Origin: Chrysemys picta bellii
Lineage: Eukaryota
DNA: 64,000 bases
NCBI RefSeq assembly: GCF_011386835.1
Contig: NC_088791.1
Location: 350,114,001 to 350,178,000 of the forward strand
Direction of reading: 5' to 3'
In this document: one piece after another, positions 58,020 through 64,000 of the stretch
How the letters are laid out: the number at the start of each line of letters is the position of its first letter
How positions within the stretch are numbered: position 1 is the first letter of the stretch
Notes under the pieces: generated by a model
What the model saw: the letters and a program-made list of their open reading frames with translations, nothing else
The model's database searches: none
What the model was told of the DNA's origin: nothing
Program-made: the position numbers and the translations under genes

Positions 58020-58841
58020 CAGAGGTACCATTTGTTTGTAGATGGTTCTAGTTTTTATCATCAAGGAGAAAACGTATACTGGGTTTGGAATCCATGCAGT
58101 TCCTCCCAAGGGAAAAGTAAAGCCTTGGGAGAAGACATATTCACGCACTCCACATTCAGCCCAAGATGCTGACTTAGCAGTGGTGGCTTGTGTGTTGGAG
58201 TACTGTGTGCAGTTCTCCATCACCACCATAAACCAAAGCATCTGTCTGTTTTCACACTCATCATGGGTGTGCAATTCTCTCACAGACTTTCTACCATGTC
58301 GGGAAAAAAATGGGTTCACGTCTTCCGATGGTTCACTTATTAAGTATGCAACGCTGGTGAAATACATCCATTGGCTAGCAGTAAAAATCACTGTGCCAGG
58401 GTAGCTGATCAAAGTGAAAAAAAATAAAGGCCCATTGAAAGTTAGTACCCTATGCTATAGAAAATGGGAAGGCTGATAAATTGGCCCAAGAACCATACGA
58501 CTACCAGAACGTTTGATCTGGCACACCAGTGGCACTCAATTGGAGGGAATAAAAATGGATACCTACCTGCAGAATCTGCAAGAACATTTAAACCAGGCCC
58601 ACTTGCAGGTAGCTGCTAAACTGGGGAAATCTAGATGAAAGGCAAATGCCTACTTTGACAAAAACCAGAAAGAGATCACTTGGGAGTTTGTAAACCAAGT
58701 AATGCTGTCATCTTACAAAGCACCAGAGCACGGGCTGTGTAATCAATGGATCGGACCCTCCGAATCCTCAAAGTTAGGATAAAAGGAGGCAAGCGTAATA
58801 GAGACAGAATCTACCATGCTAATCAGTTAAAGCTGTATTGA
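58020..58841 (+). pseudogene. Decayed retroelement pol: retroviral-type RNase H joined to an integrase C-terminal region
   Basis: LFVDGSSF (58032-58055), HSAQDADL, WVCNSLTDFLPCREKNGFTSSDG, KAH (58427-58435), ENGKADKLAQE (to 58492); then RLPERLIW..AYFDK..QVML..WIGP..YHANQLKLY* (58841). Frameshifts and stops throughout. Confidence 0.75.
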
Positions 58842-58919
58842 TCATCCAGGTCACAGGAGAACTTCCTTCTCAGAACCTAGGTGAACATAACCCAACGGAA
58901 TCGTGACAGCTAGAGTCCT

Positions 58920-59612
58920 GCAGATCACAACTATGAATCATAATACGCAAAAACCAGTGGGAGAACACTTTAACCTGTCTGGCCATTCAATGACAGACCT
59001 GCAGGTGGCTATCTTACAACAGAAAAACTTCAAAAACAGACTCCAACGAGAGACTGCTGACCTGGAATTGATATGCAAACTAGATACAATCAACTCAGGA
59101 TTGAATAAGGACTGGGAATGGCTGAGCCATTACAAACATTGAATCTATCTCCCCTTGTAAGTATTCTCACACTTCTTATCAAACTGTCTGTACTGGGCTA
59201 GCTTGATTATCACTTCAAAAGTTTTTTTCTCTTACTTAATTGGCCTCTCAAAGTTGGTAAGACAACTCCCACCTGTTCATGCTCTCTGTATGTGTGTATA
59301 TATATCTCCTCAATATATGTTCCACTCTATATGCATCCGAAGAAGTGAGCTGTAGTCCACGAAAGCTTATGCTCTAATAAATTTGTTAGTCTCTAAGGTG
59401 CCACTGATAATATCCCACCTTAATTGATTAGTCTTCTTATAGTTGGTATGGCAACACCCATTTTTCATGTTCTTTGTGTGTATATATATATATATATATT
59501 CCTACTGTATTTTCCCCTGCATGCATCCAATGAAGTGGATTTTAGCCCACAAAAGCTTACGCCCAAATAAATTTGTTAGTCTCTAAGGTGCCAAAAGTAC
59601 TCCTCATTATTT
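58920..59612 (+). mobile_element. Penelope-like element: GIY-YIG endonuclease C-terminus and two tandem pseudo-LTRs
   Basis: KPVGEHFNLSGHSMTDLQVAILQQKNFKNRLQRETADLELICKLDTINSGLNKDWEWL; gttagtctctaaggtgcca ends at ~59403 and ~59593. Confidence 0.85.
59333..59372 (+). ncRNA. Hammerhead-like motif in a Penelope pseudo-LTR
   Basis: GCAU-CCGAAGA-A-GUGAGCUGUAGUCCAC-GAAA-GCUU-AUGC; core U4C and a mismatch in stem II. Confidence 0.45.
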
Positions 59613-59780
59613 TGGTCAGAAGACAGGACACTGAGCTAGATGGACCTTCGGTCTGAATCCATATGGCCATTCTTATGTTCTTAAATTGTTCCATTGATGG
59701 ATGGGCTGATGCAAACAAGCCTTTTCCAGGAGCTATCTCTGTTACAGAGCTGGTGTAGCCACCCTAGCAGACATCCATGG

Positions 59781-60097
59781 TAATGTGACCATACCTCCCA
59801 TTCTGGCCAGGACAGTCCCTTTTTAAGCCCTGTCCCAGCCAATTCGACTTTTTTTTTTCAAAAGGAGACATTTCTACTGTTTGCTTTTGCTGACTTGATC
59901 AGTTGGAAAGAGCAAATGGGACAAATGTCCACTTCTGTCAAAAAAATGGGGAAGTGGAAGTGGAGGAATGTTCAGGGGAGGCTAGTGCAGATGGCAGCAC
60001 CCCGCAGGGGGTGAGGCAAAGCTGGGGTGGGGGTTTCCCCTACAGTATTCCAGTGACAGCATCTCCCATTTTCTCTTTGAGAAATATAGTTACCTTA
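59781..60097. mobile_element. Decayed hAT (Tip100-like) element shared by units 4 and 5
   Basis: Degenerate termini taatgtgaccata...tatagttacctta; absent at 20940-20965; its end recurs inverted at ~57770-57812. Confidence 0.55.
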
Positions 60098-60899
60098 AGG
60101 GGCTGCTCAGTGTGGGAGGCGGATGGGGGGCTAGTGCTGCCACCTAAGGGTGTGGTCCTGTAGCGGGAGGGACAGAGGCTCATGGTTTGAGCTAGAGCTG
60201 GGCTTGAAAACAGGTTTCCCCCCACACACAAACTGAAATGTTTCCTTTTCATCCATTCTCTGGGGTGAGTTTTCATAGAAAACGGATCATTTTTTCTCTG
60301 AAAGATCAGCTGCCATGACTTTGCCCACATGCAGCTGCCTGGATCTCCAAGAGAAATTGGAGCCTTTTCATCTCCCTCTCCTTCATAACATACATGAAGT
60401 TTGCACTGAGGGAGTCTATGGCTGCACTCTGGGTATGGAAAGGTTGAAACCTCCCGACCAGTCTATGGCTGGGGTATTGTGCCCATCAGCTACATTAACC
60501 AGCCCTCCCATCTCTGTGCAGCCCCCTCCAACCTCTACAACACCCCTTCAGCAGAGCCTCCAGGCAGTGGCTACTGTGACAGGCCCTGGTAGCACATCTC
60601 TGATGAACCTGTGCTAGCAGGGAGCTGGGGAGGGTCCTAGAGCAGTTGTGGAGGCACAGAGATTGTGGGTGGGGGGCCTAGCTCCCAGTGGATCACTGAG
60701 ATCTGTGCATAACTCTGAGGATCCCTGGATCCTGGTTCCCCTTTTCATTCATCATGGAGAAGGGAAGGGACCTCACCCACTGGAATGATCCGAGGGAAAT
60801 TTCCCTGTACGGAGCCTTATGGAATCTCCCTTCCCTGGCCTGCACCCTGGCTTTGTAATGCAGGAAAGGGGGCTGCCGGGGAGAAATATGGTCCTACAC

Positions 60900-60902
<3 letters not shown>

Positions 60903-60942
<40 letters not shown>
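60903..60942. repeat. (TTA)n microsatellite at a position shared by the U blocks
   Basis: About 13 pure repeats here; shorter or interrupted versions at ~10013, ~21770 and ~56930. Confidence 0.85.
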
Positions 60943-63050
60943 TCAGTAAGATCACAGCTGTGACAGCATCATCATTACCACTCGGCTGCCCCTGAGGTAG
61001 TCAGGTGACTAATCGGAACCATACGAACAGTGATGACAAACCCGGATTCCAGGAATAGAGCCTGCAGCAGGGCTTGTGCTGCATTCCAGGTGGGCAGCAT
61101 CACCACATATCCCCTGTGATTTGGCCTCCTGCAGTTTGCTATTGGCTGTGACACGGGGTTAAAGCTGGTGCACATGAAGCCAAGCAGCTGAGGTTCCCTG
61201 GTGGCCAAGTGGCCCCCAAGGAAATGTGCAAACATGCTTCATATAAACAGTTCCCTCCCCATCTGTACAGATACTGCCTGCTGTCTGTGCAACTTCTCCG
61301 ATGACTCCTTGTCCTTTTGGGTGAAGACCTCTGGTGTCAGCGGCTCCCCTTCTAGCAGGAACTGGGTACGTTGGCAGGTTTCACTATCTTTCAAATGTGA
61401 ATTGAAGGGGAAAAACTACAGGCTGTTTCCATTTGATGGGGCTGGAGGGCAGGCAGCAGTAGGTAGTTTGTCAGCCCCTCCCCGACATCTGCCCATGCTC
61501 CACGGTGGGTTATTCAAGCTACACAGAAATCTGACATTGAAAGCGAGTTTCAAGTTTTAAAACCCTGATGCCCTGAGTCAGGATTTCTCAAGAGGTACCA
61601 TTTCTAGAGGTGCCATGTGCTCTGGGCCCAATCCTGCCAGGGGCTGAGCAAGAGGAGGCCACCACAGAATATCATTGACTATTTCCCCAATTCCCTCAGG
61701 TGTATTTGCTCCTGGAAATTTAATCAGCAAACACATTTTCAAAGGTTTTATTTTCTGGTTTGTCTGTGAAAGGAGGAATTCAGATCTACATTACTCTGTG
61801 GTAACAGGGCATATTTCTGTTTCTAGATTTGCTAGGGCTCTGGCATTTCTGCCCTGTAAATACCCTTCACAGTTACAGGGTTACCGTCATCTCTGTCTCC
61901 TCTCTGGTCTTTGAGTGCCAGATGTCAGGCCTCATTGCCTTCCCTTTCATGGAGTGAAATCCCACGATCCTCCCACCCTCAGACAGGGCCCTGGGCTACA
62001 GTACACTGTGGGTCAACTGCGCTTGCCCTGCATTAGACAGTATTTCAGAAGTAATCTAAATTCTGTTTCCAATGGGTTTGTGCTACTAACTCTTTGTTCA
62101 GTGAACAGTTGTATGATACTGTCTCCTGGTAACTGACCAGATGCTGTTTCTAGCACTTATCTTCAGGGTCACGAATACAGTCCCTCTGCAATAACTGTGT
62201 AGACTTTCCAAAAAGTCCTGAATGAACAGAACGGCTGGTCAGTGTTTTAGCAAATAGTAGAGCTGAGGTGGAGGAAAGGGGTGTGTAATAGTGGTTGTAT
62301 GTAGTTTACATCCAACACCTCTTACAGGAGCATGGCTGAAGTAACTTGAACACTGAAGTGGATATTATTGCAAACCTAGTGTTTGCACTATTCACCCATT
62401 TGTGACACTAATCCCTCCCATGCCCAGCTGAAGTAACGCTCTGTGTTAACTTGTAACTTGCCAAATATCTACTGACCCCTTGGTTTGGGAGTGGGTGCAG
62501 GTCCTTTGACCATGAAAAGAAGCCTATGGGATGATTGAACTCTCTGGATTCAGTCAATGGTGGCCAGGTAAAGCACTTCAGCTTCTCTTGGAGAATTCTT
62601 GGGGGTCAGAGTGTATCACCATGAGCATTTTATAAGGGAAAGTTAATAGAGCCTGGTTCTGATCGAATTTACACATGGAAGTCTGGAATGACGCCATTGA
62701 ATTCAATGTCTTTGAATTAAGAACCTGTCCCTAAGAATTTATCGCATGAACTATAAAGAGGCAGTGGCAAAATTTGAACTCGGAGGAGTGATGAAAATAA
62801 AAAAAACATACAACAATGAGGCAATGAAACAGGTTTATAAATAGCTTCAATGCAGGACAGATACATTCAATGACTGTTTTCACCATGCAATTTCCATGTG
62901 TCTATACAGGTCATGATATAATGGGCCACAATCAGAAGTGGAGGGCCAGAAAGTGTGTCGGTGGGAATGTCCAATTACAGTAGTTTTTTTTAAGCGTTCA
63001 AAGGGCTCTAACCCTTCCTGATTTACACCAGAAAATATGTCTAACTAGTG

Positions 63051-63267
63051 CAGTGGTTGTCAAACGGTTGTGCTGGTGTCCCCTTTCACGTACCAAGCCT
63101 CTGAATGCAACCCTCCTTATAAATTAAAAACTTGTTTATATATTTAACACCATTATAAAAGCTGGAGGCAAAGCAAGGTTTGGGGTAGAAGTTAACAGCT
63201 CATGATCCCCCATGCAGTAACCTCTGGACCACCTGAGGGGTCCTGACCCCCACTATGAGAACCCCTG
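63051..63267. mobile_element. hAT-Charlie-like MITE (217 bp)
   Basis: Termini CAGTGGTTGTCAAAC...TGAGAACCCCTG; perfect 8-bp TSD AACTAGTG (63043-63050, 63268-63275). Confidence 0.92.
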
Positions 63268-63601
63268 AACTAGTGTATGTTGGGGGAAACTTTTCCTAGG
63301 AGCTGGGTTATATCATATCTGCCCATTGCAGGGCTTCTTCCACCTTCCTCTGCAGCATCTGGAACTGGCCACTGGATACTGGGCTAGATGGACTGCAGGT
63401 CTGATCCAGTCTGGCAGTGCTTATCTTCCTATCGCTGGTATAAATCCAAGACTATGTTTTTGCTGATCTTGCTTGAGCTCCTGGGGGACTCTAGACTTTC
63501 ACTGAGGGGAGAATGATGTCTAGTTAAATATCATCTAGTCTCCTGTTGTTTTTCCTTTCAGGAAGGAAAGCTCAAAACTCCTCGGACCTGCCCGGTACAT
63601 T

Positions 63602-64000
63602 ATGTCAGCTGTCAATGACAGCAATTTCAACTCTGCAGTGTTCCTTCTCACCGGGATACCTGGGCAGGAAGATGTCCCTCTCTGGATCTCTATCCCCTTC
63701 TGCTTAATGTATGTCATTTCGATAGTAGGCAATTCAGTCATTCTGTTCATTATAAAAACAGATCCAAGCCTCCATGAGCCTATGTATATTCTCCTTTTCA
63801 TGTTGGCTGTCACAGATCTTGGCTTATCGATATCCACCATACCAACAATGCTGGGCATATTGTTGTTTAACTCTAGGAAGATCAGCCTCGATGCCTGTTT
63901 TGCCCAGCTGTTCTTCATCCACTGGCTTCAGTGCATTGAATCCTCTGTGCTCTTGTTGATGGCCTTTGACCGCTTCATTGAGATCTGTAACCCACTGAGA
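63602..64000 (+). CDS. OR5: class I olfactory receptor, family 51-like, first 133 codons (truncated by the window edge; missed by the ORF track)
   Basis: Open frame MSAVNDSNFNSAVFLLTGIPGQEDVPLWISIPFCLMY..LHEPMY..HWLQCIESSVLLLMAFDRFIEICNPLR; intactness beyond 64000 unknown. Confidence 0.9.
   Translation, partial: MSAVNDSNFNSAVFLLTGIPGQEDVPLWISIPFCLMYVISIVGNSVILFIIKTDPSLHEPMYILLFMLAVTDLGLSISTIPTMLGILLFNSRKISLDACFAQLFFIHWLQCIESSVLLLMAFDRFIEICNPLR

Larger units (their letters stand above)
59620..64000 (+). repeat. OR duplication unit 5 (U block and start of OR5)
   Basis: Collinear with 20810-26050; ~1.25 kb deleted at 62028|62029 relative to unit 1 (11188-12440). Confidence 0.9.

Noticed and set aside
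63774-63959. 61-aa plus-strand ORF from the track as the OR5 product
   Set aside because: Wrong frame; the OR frame starts at 63602 and has no stop inside the window.

Overview
Vertebrate genomic DNA, most likely turtle (inferred from the CR1, Penelope, DIRS, hAT and LTR repeat families and the class I olfactory receptor expansion; not confirmed by search). The window is a tandem array of class I (family 51-like) olfactory receptor (OR) genes. Four intact 311-aa single-exon CDSs are present: OR1 13783-14718 (+), OR2 25647-26582 (+), OR3 36739-37674 (+) and OR4 51337-52272 (-). A fifth, OR5, starts at 63602 (+) and runs off the right edge. Each gene sits in an ~11-14 kb duplication unit with a shared upstream block (U) and downstream block (D). 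The OR4 unit is inverted, so OR3/OR4 are tail-to-tail and OR4/OR5 head-to-head. An orphan D block at 1-5095 implies another paralog just left of the window. The units carry copy-specific transposons, many with readable target-site duplications (TSDs): hAT elements, solo LTRs, CR1 LINEs, a truncated DIRS and Penelope-like elements. I see no clearly new multi-gene system. The best leads are: (1) minimal hammerhead-ribozyme motifs in Penelope relics, one lying in sense inside the predicted OR2 3' UTR; (2) a decayed retroviral-type RNase H joined to a Gypsy-like integrase tail at the OR4/OR5 inversion junction; (3) co-varying charged pocket residues (K205 with E/D257) that split the receptors into two chemotypes; (4) a conserved candidate 5' non-coding exon donor and homeodomain/O-E-like motifs; (5) two short templated or non-classical insertions. 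All alignments and coordinates were done by eye.
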